Shown here piece by piece: positions 24,967-36,110 of a stretch of 64,000 nt of DNA; within the stretch, counting starts at the first letter, position 1; each line of letters starts with the position of its first letter. The translations under genes were made by a program, and so were the position numbers. Origin of the DNA: Negaprion brevirostris (lineage: Eukaryota). The stretch spans positions 55,130,558 through 55,194,557 of the forward strand of contig JARDVH010000031.1 of the NCBI GenBank assembly GCA_030324005.1, given 5' to 3'. The notes beneath the pieces were generated by a model, which saw only the letters and a program-made list of their open reading frames with translations, did no database searches and was not told where the DNA came from.

Positions 24967-25274
24967 AGAAATCAATGCATAAAATGGGTTTCCAGATACT
25001 GTAGCTCAAGAGAAAGACCTGATATCATTTAAGATAAAATGGTAAGAGTTTACAATTTTCCTAAGTGGACTCATTCCTAATTATTGGGGTCTTTTGATTT
25101 TGTTATTACTCAAAACCATTTCTATGTTTGCTTATTTCAAGCCAGCCAATCTAATCCACCTGAGCCTAATAAGTCAAATGTGTACAGAAATACTGAAAAT
25201 TTTGAAACAAGCTAAAATCATTGAGCTCTACTGTCAATAGAATTAGAATTTTTATTTATCAGTGCCCAGTGTCA

Positions 25275-26357
25275 AAATCTGGGGGACTGCGCAGCAGGCT
25301 GGGAGACTCAAGCTTAAACCGTTTTGTTAGCTTCCCGCTGGGCGTCACAGCCTCTGTGAGTCTCCGGTAGCTAGACCTCCGGCACCGCCACCAGCTCCAT
25401 GTTAGAAATCAGCAGGGAGTTGAATAAGTTACTTGAACGAGCATTTTAATATGGTTAACATATAATTAGCTGGCCCGGGACTACAGGTCTGCTCGCCTCC
25501 CTGCCCCTGCCAGGAGTGTTTCATTCCAATAGGGTTTATGACAGCTTCCCACTTGCAGTGAGCAATCGGCTGTACCCCGCTGGTATGAGGGGAGGCCATT
25601 GTGGCCTCTCAGAAGGTTAGGTGCCGGGGGTGTGCCCCCTGGGTATTGCCACCTTGGCAATGCCAGCCTGGGCCCCCTGGCACAGTCCAGGGGCATCTTG
25701 GCACTGCTCACCAGGCATCGGGCAGTGCCAAGGGCTGTGGCCTAATGGGGGTGGGGCCTAATGTTGGGGGCCTCTGAAGGGGGCCATCAGTGGGAGTGGA
25801 GGGTCCCGCTCTGCCACTCTGCACTGGGATTAGTGACAGAGGAGGGAGGCTGGGCATTGTAGTGAGGGGGGTTGCAGTTATCCTGCCTGTATGAGTGTGG
25901 GGGTGAGGTTGGGACTACGGACAGGGGCTTCATGACTGCTAGGGGAGGTCGGAGCTGGNNNNNNNNNNNNNNNNNNNNNNNNNNNNNGGAGGGGGTGGCG
26001 GCGGTGGTGGTGGGGGTGGAGTTGTACGGACAGCAATGCGAGGTCACAGGACTGGCCAGCAATCAGGTTGGCCAGCTATCGGAATATTGGCAGTGCTGGG
26101 CCACTGCACATGCACGGATCTCTGCTCTGACAGATCAATGCATGTGCAGTGACCCGCTCAGTGCTATGCTACTAGCCTCTTCAGCGGGAATGGGCCTCAC
26201 TCCCTGAAACCTTGCGTGATTCATGCTAGTGCATTCTGCAGGGCATAGAGTGTAGGATATTCATTTTGAAGCTCCCACAGAAAAAAAAAGCAACAGGACT
26301 TACTCCAATTTTTGGCAAATTCCACACTTAGAATTTTTTTGGAAGAATTGCTCCCCC
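25275..26357. mobile_element. GC-rich non-autonomous DNA transposon
   Basis: Colinear similarity with 60388-61268; ends cacttagaattttttggaagaattgctccc and shares cacttagaa with the MITE at 17545. Confidence 0.6.
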
Positions 26358-26879
26358 TGTTCTTGTGCAATAACCATTTGGTGTTGTTAACTGAGATCAG
26401 GAATATCTGGAATTCAGAAAAATGAGTATTATATTTCTTGCTATGTGCAGTGGTCTGTGGCTACATTCAGGATTTTCAATCTATTTTTGCAAACATTTAA
26501 GGTAGGATTTTTGTAGGGTTTTTTTTATGCCCCAATCTTGGGATCCATGGGAATCTGGAGTCTAGGATCCAAAAGCTAGACCAGTGGAGCTTTTTTCCCA
26601 TTGGTGGTCACCTAATTGGCTGCCACTGCGTTTGCCAAACCTATTAAGGAGCTTTCATGCCTGATGTTAAGCATTAGTGCCCTGACTGGGAGAAATGGGT
26701 TCTGCAGAGACAGGTGGAAAACCACAAGGGGGCCTCAAAATGCCTTTGGAGGCATCAAAATAAACAATTATTTAATGAGGCAATATGCAGTCTGCTTGAA
26801 TCTTTGGGGCTGTGTTTTGTCCTTTGAAGTTTGCTGCGAGGGATAGAGCCCCTAGCTCTGATGGCCAATGTACTGCAGA

Positions 26880-27190
26880 GAAGCTGCATGCATTGAGAAA
26901 ATGGCCTCCCCACGTGCCTTCCTGGTGCTAGGGATAAGGACACCCCTCATGCCTGCAGAGGAACTGGGGAGGGGGAGGATCCTGTTATCAAGGTCAATGT
27001 TGGAACCAGCAGCACTGGTAGAATCAGGAATGATGTTCTGCTAAAAAAAACCTGGGGAGCAAGGGCCCAAGTTAAAATGTAACCATCTTTGCATTGCTAC
27101 GTGAGCCATGCACCAACTGGAGTAGCATGAAGCAAATTAAAGAATTCAATGGGAGGCACAAAAAGTAGTGTGGAAAGAAAGGGTTTGGAT
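26880..27190 (+). mobile_element. CR1 LINE ORF1 (esterase-like) remnant
   Basis: CLPGARDKD...GEGEDPVIKVNVGTS. Confidence 0.65.
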
Positions 27191-27214
27191 TTACTGAGCA
27201 CTGACATCAGATCT

Positions 27215-27530
27215 CATAGAATCCTACAGTGCAGAAGGAGGCCATCTGGCCCATTAGACTACACTGACCACAATTCTACTAGGCCTTATCCTCATAACCC
27301 CATGTATTTTACACTAGTTAGTCCTCCTGTCATTAAGGGGCAATTTAGCATGGCCAATCCACCTAACCTGCACACCTTTGCCCTGTGGAATGAAACCGGA
27401 GCACCCAGAGGAAACCAACGCAGAACAGGGAGGACGTGCAGACTCCGCACAGACAGTGACCCAAACCAGGAATCAAACCTGGGTCTCTGGTGCAGTGAGG
27501 CAGCAGTGCTAACCATTGTGTCTCACTACT
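27215..27530 (-). mobile_element. Full-length HE1-type V-SINE, tail type A
   Basis: catagaatcctacagtgcagaaggaggcc...gcagcagtgctaaccattgtg. Confidence 0.9.
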
Positions 27531-28183
27531 CAGGGAAGAGTGAGCTATNNNNNNNNNNNNNNNNNNNNNNNNNNNNNNNNNNNNNNNNNNNNNNNNNNNN
27601 NNNNNNNNNNNNNNNNNNNNNNNNNNNNNNNNNNNNNNNNNNNNNNNNCCCACCCCGGACTCAAACCTGGGTCTCTGGTGCAGTGAGGCAGCAGTGCTAA
27701 CCATTGTGTCTCACGACTCAGGGAAGAGTGAGCTATTTTGTTGATCGGGTTTCACTTGAACTGGGCTAGGACCAGTGTACTATGGGTTGTGCGAGGGAAG
27801 ACGGGGTGGGGGGGGTGGTTGGTGTGTCTGGGTGAAGGATGATTTAGAAATCCAAAGAGAAATGTTAAGACATCAGAACAATATGGTGATGTTGTAAGAC
27901 AAACAGAGTGGCACTGAAAGGGACACAGAGTTTAGCACCAGCGGAAAGGATTATTGTAGGAAACAGAAGTTACCAGAAGATTCCACCTGGGGAGGAAATT
28001 TAAGTTGACTCCCAAGATCAGCCACAAACATATTCAATGATGGAGCAGGCTCATTGGACCATATGATGTAATCTTGTTTCTAGTTCTTGTGTTCTTATGC
28101 TTGTGCATTCCCATTATTTCCCTGGATCCTGGACCCCTGCCATCTCAGGGCTGGGTAATTTTTAAAAATTGGTGAGCAATTAA

Positions 28184-28452
28184 GGGGTATATTTTGCCAG
28201 GGCTGGGCAAATTCAGCCCTTTCATTTGTGATGCAGTCACAGTTAACTGGGTTACACAAGCTATTCTTCATCAACATACAAATAAAATAGTGACAATGGT
28301 CAATTCAGTGCTAGTTCAATGCATTGTGATTAACCATTCATCTGCTGTTACTGAGCAAAACTATCACGAACTTCCTTTTTTATAAACAAGCCAGTAAAAC
28401 TTATGAAAGTGAATTTACTCCGGGTAATTTGCTATCTGGCAAAATATACCCC
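28184..28452. mobile_element. MITE with perfect 17-bp TIRs flanked by TTAA (Kolobok-like)
   Basis: ttaa|ggggtatattttgccag ... ctggcaaaatatacccc|ttaa. Confidence 0.7.
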
Positions 28453-29442
28453 TTAATTGCAAACAAATTTTAAAATATAATCTCTTCATTCAATCCAATC
28501 ATAAGAATTTAACCTTGTTGATTAAAATAAGATTGAAATACTTTTCTCATTACCTGTTTTATTTTCTTTATTCCATTATCTTTCCATTTATTATCAACAG
28601 GGCCCCATATTTATAATGTCAAATGCATTCATGGTATTTCATTCATGCACATTTGTCTGTCTATTGTTATCCACCAAAAGAATGAAATTCATTTGGAATG
28701 CTTCACCTGGTGTCTTCACCTGCAGATTTCCACACTCTCAGCTCTCCGTTTTCTTCCCAATTCCTCAAATGTTTTTCCGAGCAACATATTAATGTAATTT
28801 ACCCTTCGCCAGAGCAGATGCATTCAAACTGCGGGTCACATCATGGCTCTTGAACTAATGTTAATGCATGAGTTACTTCTAGGAATTACTCATCCATCCC
28901 TCAAAGTGTGTTCAATGTTCCACTGAAGGAATAAACCTCAGCTGAAGTCTGTTGAACTTGATCCCTTGTGTTGATCAACAAATGGAGGTGTAGAATTCTT
29001 CTTGGAAGCTGCTACATATTGTTCTTTGTCCATCAAAATGATCTACAGTAACACCCCTATCAGCATCTCCCTTTACCACCAAAGGTGTGCAAATACATTG
29101 CAGAGAAACACATTTTGCTCTCTTAAAGGAAAGTTCCAGAAGTATTTGCTATGCTACTATAAGATGATTGGAGAATTAAAACATTTGGAGCTAAATTTTC
29201 ATACAAATGTTCACTGTTATAACAAAAATGATAAGGTATGAAATTAACTCTTAGCTACTTGCTTGGAACTGTTATTGAAAAAGCTGCAGCTGAATTATCT
29301 TGCCAAAAACTCCTGCAAGGCTTAGCAACAGTTTAATCAGATGCAAGTATGTGGGGTTAAGAGACCTGATGAACCCCTCAAATACACTTCCTCTACCTTA
29401 CCCACAATCTATCCCAAATAATTACTGCTCTTGTATATTTAA

Positions 29443-29800
29443 GGGGAGATGAGGGCCTAGTGGTATTATCACTGGATTATTAATCCACAAACTCAGCTAA
29501 TGTTCTGCAGGTTTGAATCCCACCATGGCAGATGGTGGCATTTGAATTCAATTAAAAACAAATCTGGAATTAAGGATCTACTTAGGATCATGAAACTATT
29601 GTTGATTGTCAGAAAACCCATCTGGTTCGTTAATGTCCTTTAGGGAAGGAAATCTGTCGTCCTTACCTGGTCTGGCCAACATGTGACTCCAGCACCACAA
29701 TAATCTGGTTAACTCTTAACTGCCCTCCAAGGGCAACTAGGGATGGGCAATGAATGCTGGACAGCCAGTGACAACCACATCCCGCAAATGAATTTTAAAA
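29443..29800 (+). mobile_element. tRNA-derived SINE (family C)
   Basis: Homologous to 7193-7545 along its length. Confidence 0.8.
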
Positions 29801-30342
29801 AAAATTGACAATAAATCTGCAGCAAGGCACTCCAGGCAAATGCCACACCGTGGTAGTTGTAGAAGTGATGTTTTCTAATACTTTGCCTGTATATTAATTG
29901 GTTTTACATTTTAGAAATTCAATTCTCAAATAGTTAAAGTGTACATAGAACCAAACTCAGAACTTTACATGCATAAACCTGCCTATAGTTTCCACTTTTG
30001 GTACGATTGGCAATTGGGGCATAAATTGTATTTACTATTGCACTATTTTTAAGACACTTTTAACTTTTCTCAATTTTCTGTTCAAACTCATTTGCAGATT
30101 GCCAAACATAAAATTTGTTATAAACACAATAGGGAAGTGTTATTAGAAGGTCATTTAAAAGATAAGTTTTGAATTCAAAATGTTTCTTGACATCTTTAAT
30201 ATTGGTAACTTGATACAGTTTGATGAATATGGGTTTATCAGGAAAAAATAACCATTTTAATATTTGGGTACCAATCAGGAACATCAAAGTACAGCATGAA
30301 GCCAGGCTAGACTCCAACAGTTTTTTCCTATTTTGGCATTAG

Positions 30343-31025
30343 TGTGAGGAGTTTCACTCCAGGTATGTTTCTATTGACAAATTGTGGAGCTTTTATCAAA
30401 ACAAACTTAATTTAACAATACAGTTTAAGTGTAACAAGTGAATTAGCTTAAAATTTAACATTTGAACATTGCTTAAACATGATTAGGTACAATTCTTAAC
30501 TGCTAACCCTATCTCTATTCGTTCCAATTCAAGCAACATTCCTCTTACAGACTTAAAAGTCCTCTTCAGAATCAGTTAACAAAAATCACAACCTTACATG
30601 CTTGTACTTGTTAACAATTTCAGAGCTTTTTGAACACCTCTGGAGAAATCTTTTCAGAGGAAGCCAGAGAGAGATCTACCTCTTTAAAATAGTTCTAGTC
30701 GGCAACTGCTTTTGATTTTAAAAATGGAGCTCAAGCAGTCTTTCCTGCAAGCTTAGCTCCTCCCATTAATCACATAACTTTGTCAATCAACCTAAGCAAA
30801 ATCCCACTCTGAATTCCCAAGGAAAACTTTAGTAAACAAAAATGCATTAACTCTGTTTAAACAAACACATCCCCAGCTAAAATCAATCATTATCCTGCAT
30901 TCCCAACATTTGACTGCCTGCTGCCAAGATAGTTCAGCACTATTTAAAACAAAGCTGTCTTTTAAATGTATCCCTTACAAGAAACATAATAAAAATACAT
31001 TTCTTAGAGGCACAGTATCATCACA
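30343..31025. mobile_element. Possible solo LTR
   Basis: TGTGA...TCACA termini, about 680 bp, flanks ttag/ttaa (imperfect 4-bp TSD); no second copy in the window. Confidence 0.4.
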
Positions 31026-31457
31026 TTAAACAGTGGCTAGTCTATCACCTGTGAGTGATGTAATTTAAAATAATTGAAAATTACTTTTAAAAAAATCCAG
31101 AAGGATTTGCCTGTTATATTGAGGCTCAGTAGACAGTTTCTTAGTAAGTAAAGAAAAAAATATGCCCATTAATATCTTTGTGCTCAATTTATCTGATTCA
31201 ATTTTAAAAGCTTCCTCAAATGTACGCAACAAGTGCAATAAACGTAAATTTGCAGTGGGAATTAATCTGAACTTCAGGGTGTAGCTAATCCACTGGCAGG
31301 GGAGCATCTAGCTCAAAGTTTTGAAAACTGGAATGAAAGATTTTAGAAAATATACTTGCACTGAACATAGTTTGCATTTGATCTTTTGAACTGGTTTTAC
31401 TGAGTTAAGGCAAACTGCATTGAAAAAAAATTGTTGCATATGATCGGAGATTCCAGT

Positions 31458-31750
31458 CATAGAATCATAGAATCCCTACAGTGCAGATGAAGACCATTCA
31501 GCCCATCAAGTCTGCACCAACCACAATTCCACCCAGACCCTATTCCTGTAACCCCATGTATTTACCCTGCTAATTGACCAATCAATCTAACCCACACATC
31601 TTTGGACTGTGGGAGGAAACCAAAACACCCGGAGGAAACCCACACAGACAAGGTGAGAGCATGCAAACTCCACACAGATAGTGACCCAAGCTGGGAATTG
31701 AACCTGGGTCTCTGGTGCTGTGAGGCAGCAGTGCTAACCCACTGTGCCAC
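31458..31750 (-). mobile_element. HE1-type V-SINE, tail type A
   Basis: catagaatcatagaatccc tail; gcagcagtgctaacccactgtgccac head. Confidence 0.9.
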
Positions 31751-31973
31751 ACTCCTTCAGACTGAGTCTGAAGCATTAAGCTGGTATTAATGTTGCAAAA
31801 CGGGGAAATCTTACCAGAAAAATTCTGGGGTTCTGGGACTGCCCCTCGATTTTAAACTCCAAACTCAGCGAGATTAGAAGGTGTCATTTGCAATCTGACA
31901 AAGCTTTGATTGAAATGTACAGGCTTATTCTATCCTTGCTGTCCAAGCTCACAGAATTTATTTTCCATTGCAG

Positions 31974-32016
31974 ACTCAGTGAAGGGAAGGAGTTCCTATT
32001 CCAGGCCAAGGATGAG
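31974..32016 (+). CDS. SPTBN2: Internal 43-bp coding exon of a beta-spectrin C-terminal PH domain (SPTBN2-like; paralog uncertain)
   Basis: Acceptor atttattttccattgcag, donor GAG|gtaagc and a ctcac branch-like motif about 23 nt upstream. Phase-2 start translates (R)LSEGKEFLFQAKDE, matching beta-spectrin PH sequence from memory (SPTBN2 GLQDGKEYLFQAKDE; SPTBN1 RLNDGNEYLFQAKDD). GK favours SPTBN2. Too short to appear in the ORF track. Confidence 0.85.
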
Positions 32017-32267
32017 GTAAGCGCCAGCCATTTGCAGTTTGATATAAACAGTGACCATGACTGAACCCTGACCATACTGAACACACAGGGAACACAGCCC
32101 AGGTTATATGGCAGAGGAACAGGTGCACTCACCGCTTATCCCACTGCATACAATTCAAGCATGATGCAGTTAAGACTAGATGATGTCTGAGGAGAAGCAG
32201 TCCATTCGGCCCATCGAGTTCACTCTGCCATTCGATGAGATCGTGACTGACCTGATGTGGTAATTCT

Positions 32268-32482
32268 TATAGAATATCACTGAATCTCTGCAGGGCAGAA
32301 AGCGGCCATTCGGCCCATCGAACCCACACTGCCAACAGTCCCACCCAGGCCACCCTGCCACTCCTCCTGACACTAAGAGGCAATTTAGCATTTCTAATCC
32401 ACCTAACCCTCACAGCTTTGAACACTAAGGAACAATTTAACATGGTCAATTCACCTAACCTGCACATCTTTGGGAGGAAACC
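32268..32482 (-). mobile_element. HE1-type V-SINE 3' half with internal tandem duplication
   Basis: The acactaag...caattta.cat...cacctaacc...ctttg segment occurs twice (about 32370 and 32422). Confidence 0.75.
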
Positions 32483-32872
32483 GTCCCGTCCATATTAATT
32501 GAATTTTGAATCCCACCTGCTGCTGTGGAAAGATTCAAACCCAGGACATTAACCTCAGGGGGAGTGGGGGACTTGGATTACTAGTCCAGTTACATTGCCA
32601 CTATGCCACCATCCCCTAACACCTGTCTAACTAACCTGCCAACATTCACTGCCCATCCTCACACACAGATAGCGAATGAGCCACTGGCATCTGACACATG
32701 TCCGATCAAACACAGCCAGAGGTGGGGACAGCACTCAAAATAATACAGTGCAGAAGAGGCCCTTCAGCCCATGAAAGGCCCTGACCTGCCCACACATCAT
32801 ACTTGCCAGCACTTGGCCCATAGCCCTAAATGTTATGGCATGTAAGTGCTCATCCAGATACTTTATAAATAG

Positions 32873-33302
32873 TCTCGCAACAACAAGTTTATTTGGAATC
32901 ACGAGCTTTCGGAGCGCTGCTCCTTCATCAGGTGAGTGGAGAGGTTTCACAAACACGGCATATATAGTCACAGACACAATCGCAAGATAATGGTTGGAAT
33001 GCGAGTATTGCATTNNNNNNNNNNNNNNNNNNNNNNNNNNNNNNNNNNNNNNNNNNNNNNNNNNNNNNNNNNNNNNNNNNNNNNNNNNNNNNNNNNNNNN
33101 NNNNNNNNNNNNNNCACAACACCAGGTTAAAGTCCAACAGGCTTATTTGGTAGCGCAAGCTTGTGAAGTGCTGCTCCTTCATCAGATGATGAAGGAGCGG
33201 CGCTCCAAAAACTCGTGTTACCAAAGAAACCTGTTGGACTTTAACCTGGTTTGTGAAACTTCTTACTGTGCCTAGCCCAGACCAATGCCAGCATTTGCAC
33301 AT
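32873..33302. mobile_element. Penelope-like terminal repeats (tandem and inverted) spanning a gap
   Basis: cacaacaccaggttaaagtccaacagg family; hammerhead-like motifs on both strands; related pieces at 12305, 21215 and 39190. Confidence 0.7.
32899..32935 (-). ncRNA. Minimal type I hammerhead ribozyme motif
   Basis: Minus strand UCAC CUGAUGA A GGAGC AGC GCUCC GAAA GC UC GUGA: intact core, stem I UCAC/GUGA, stem II GGAGC/GCUCC and palindromic AGCU in place of stem III. Confidence 0.8.
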
Positions 33303-33878
33303 CAGTGCTGTGAAGCAGCACTGCTACCCACTATGCCACCGTGCTGCCCAGTCCAGTCCATTGTGTTTGAAGTACAGAACAACATACTTGAAAGAGAGAC
33401 AAGACTTCAATTCACCCAATACCCCAACGCATTCTAAAATAGTGTCAAACCTTCATATTACTTAATGTACTTGCTATTATTCCAATGAATCTCCCTGAGT
33501 GAGATGAGGCTGAGCGATGAATGGCTAAGATGTTTCCCCCAAAGGTGTACAGGCTTGAGCTACTCTCATTTCAGGAAACCAGTTGACTAGCTGACTTTTA
33601 AGGGGTGTCTTAATAGGATAGATGGATATGCTCCCCAGAAGGGAAAGAGGTTTTATTTAGGTTGGACAGCATGGTCGGTGCAGGCTTGGAGGGCCAAGGG
33701 GCCTGTTCCTGTGCTGTAATTTTCTATGGTCTCTGTTCTCTTTGATCCTGGAGGACCAACTTTGACTACCCTTCTCTCAGAGTAACAAGTGGCTTGAGGC
33801 CTATTTCTGAAGCTCCCTTACGTGTCACCATTGGACGAGGCTTCAGATAAGCAGGTTGACTGCCATTCTCCATTCATT

Positions 33879-34160
33879 GGGGTGGCGTAGTGGCACAGTG
33901 GTTAGCACTGCTGCTTCACAGGCCCAAGGACCCGGATTCGATTCCTGGTGTCACCTGCTGGGTGGAATTTTCACGTTCTCCCTGTGTTTGCGTGGATTTC
34001 CTCCAAATTCTCCAGTTTCCTCCCACAGACCGAAAGAAGTGCTGGTTAGGTGCATTAACAGGTTAATTCGCTTGAATGTGGCGACTAGGAGAATTTCACA
34101 GTAACTTCATTGCAGTATAATGTAAGCCTTACTTGTGACTAATAAATTAACTTTACTTTC
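33879..34160 (+). mobile_element. HE1-type V-SINE, tail type B
   Basis: ggggtggcgtagtggcacagtggttagc...cttacttgtgactaataaa. Confidence 0.9.
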
Positions 34161-34341
34161 CTTTATCTATGTCCAAGCTTGCAGCCTGGGAACAGGATTA
34201 GAGATGCCACTGGTCACTGTTATTACAGAGCAAATAGTCCGAAAGGAATGAAGATTAGTCAAATTCCACAATGGGAACTCTGCCAGATTATCTCCTAAGT
34301 AATGAAGATAGAATCACGCCACATGCATCATATGAGTGCAT

Positions 34342-34650
34342 AGGGTGGCACAGTGGCACAGTGCTTAGCACTGCTGTCTCACAACATCAGTGACATGGAT
34401 TTGATTTCTGATTGGGTTGTTAGCTGTGCGGAGTCTGCATGTTCTCCCTGTTTCTGCATGGGTTTCCTCCAGGTGCTCCAGTTTCCTCCTACAGTCTGAA
34501 AGATGTGCTAGTCAGATGCATTGGCATGCTAAATTCTCCCACGGTGCACCTGAAAAGACCCCGGAGTGTGGCGACTAGGGGATTTTCACAGTAACTTCAT
34601 TGCAGTATTAATAAAAGCTTACTTGTGGCATTAATAAATAAACTTAAAAA
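34342..34650 (+). mobile_element. HE1-type V-SINE, tail type B
   Basis: gggtggcacagtggcacagtgcttagc...ggcgactaggggattttcacagtaacttcattgc. Confidence 0.9.
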
Positions 34651-35691
34651 TGCTATGGGTATTAATACACAGGAAAGATTTGTTCAGTTGATAATAAAAT
34701 CTAAGTACATGTTCAGAATAATAGGCTGCATTAACAAAAGTACAAACATTTGGATCCAAGCCTTGCATCTTCTAAAGCCTTCCATAAGAATATTGCCCTA
34801 TTATCTACTGTTACCGACTAGAAATGATCCAGGCAAGTGTTCAAATAAAGACTTTGTGAGAGGCTCTGATTATAATTTTGGAAATCAGTGCATAAATACC
34901 CTGGTGAGGCATTTTTTCCATGTAATTTGTCATCCACTTTTGTGTTAAAAAGACACCGCCCACAGAGTGACTTGCTGTGATGCCAGCTGGCAGCAAGTGT
35001 CAAAAGACAATTTTGAAACTGAAACCGACTTTTTTTGATAATGGAGTGTCTTATCTTACTAAAGCAACAATATTCTCTTGACTTAGCACAATGTCTATTC
35101 TTTCACACACACATGGATGAACTAAACAACAAAAATGTGTTCGGTCTGCAAGTGTATTTTGTCAAGTAACTGAACAGTAATTTGATCATGAAAGAAAAAA
35201 TGTGTATCTTTACGTAGGAAACTGTGCTGAGGTATGTATTCCATAATACCGCTCTCCGATGAGCCCATTATATTTGTATTTTTCTATTTAATTTTACAAT
35301 CTATAGCTGTAACAGATACACAAAACAAAATAAGTCAAAACAAGGCAATAATCAGTAGAAAACAGCTGCAATGGGAATCTTGTTTCCAATGTGTTACCTT
35401 GCTTAACAATTAGAAACTTAATTGAATTTGTCGTATGGTAGACTGCCTGAGAAAATGACTTTCAGCTGATGTTAGAGCCAACAAGCTAGCTACCATAAAA
35501 TTTCGTTTAATGTCATTTACATGAACAAATCGGGTACNNNNNNNNNNGACTAAACTTGCTTACGACCTTCATAATTTCTGCTTCATTTGTAATCTTTGTC
35601 GATCAATGCCAGTTTAGAATTGGCAGCAGAATAGGATTATTGACAACTTTCCCATGAAGTTTTTAATGTTACAGCATTGCATGGTGGCAAA

Positions 35692-36110
35692 GAAGAAGAC
35701 TTGCATTAATGTCAACGTTTCGGAGACTGACGTTATCCCAAAGCTTTTTGCAGCCCAGTGAGATACTTTGGAAGTGCAGTCACTGTTACCAATTTGCCCA
35801 AGACAAGCTCCCACCATGAGCAATGTGATAATAACCAGATTACCTATTCTTGTGATATTGCTTGAAAGGTAAATATTAGGCAGGACATAGGGATGAGTCC
35901 CCTAGTCTTCTTTGAAATAATGCCGTGGGATCTTTACGTCTGCCTGAGAGGACAATCAGAGCCTCGGTTTAGTGTCCCATCCAAGAGACAGCATCTCCTA
36001 TAATGCAACACTTCCCCAGTACTTCAGCTTAGAACTTTGTACTCGTGTCCTGGAATGGGGGTTGAACCCAAAGTCTCAAAACTGAGTGTGACCAAATTAA
36101 TCACAGCCAC
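35692..36110 (-). mobile_element. Deu-domain SINE (SacSINE1-like)
   Basis: Minus strand has CTAAACCGAGGC...GACGTAAAGATCCCACGGCATTATTTCAAAGAAGA and ends AATGCAAGTCTTCTT. Confidence 0.75.

Noticed and set aside
27472-27735. About 75-bp direct duplication (SINE head plus unique flank) on both sides of a 100-N gap
   Set aside because: The copies differ by one base and straddle the gap; most likely an unmerged contig or haplotype overlap rather than biology.
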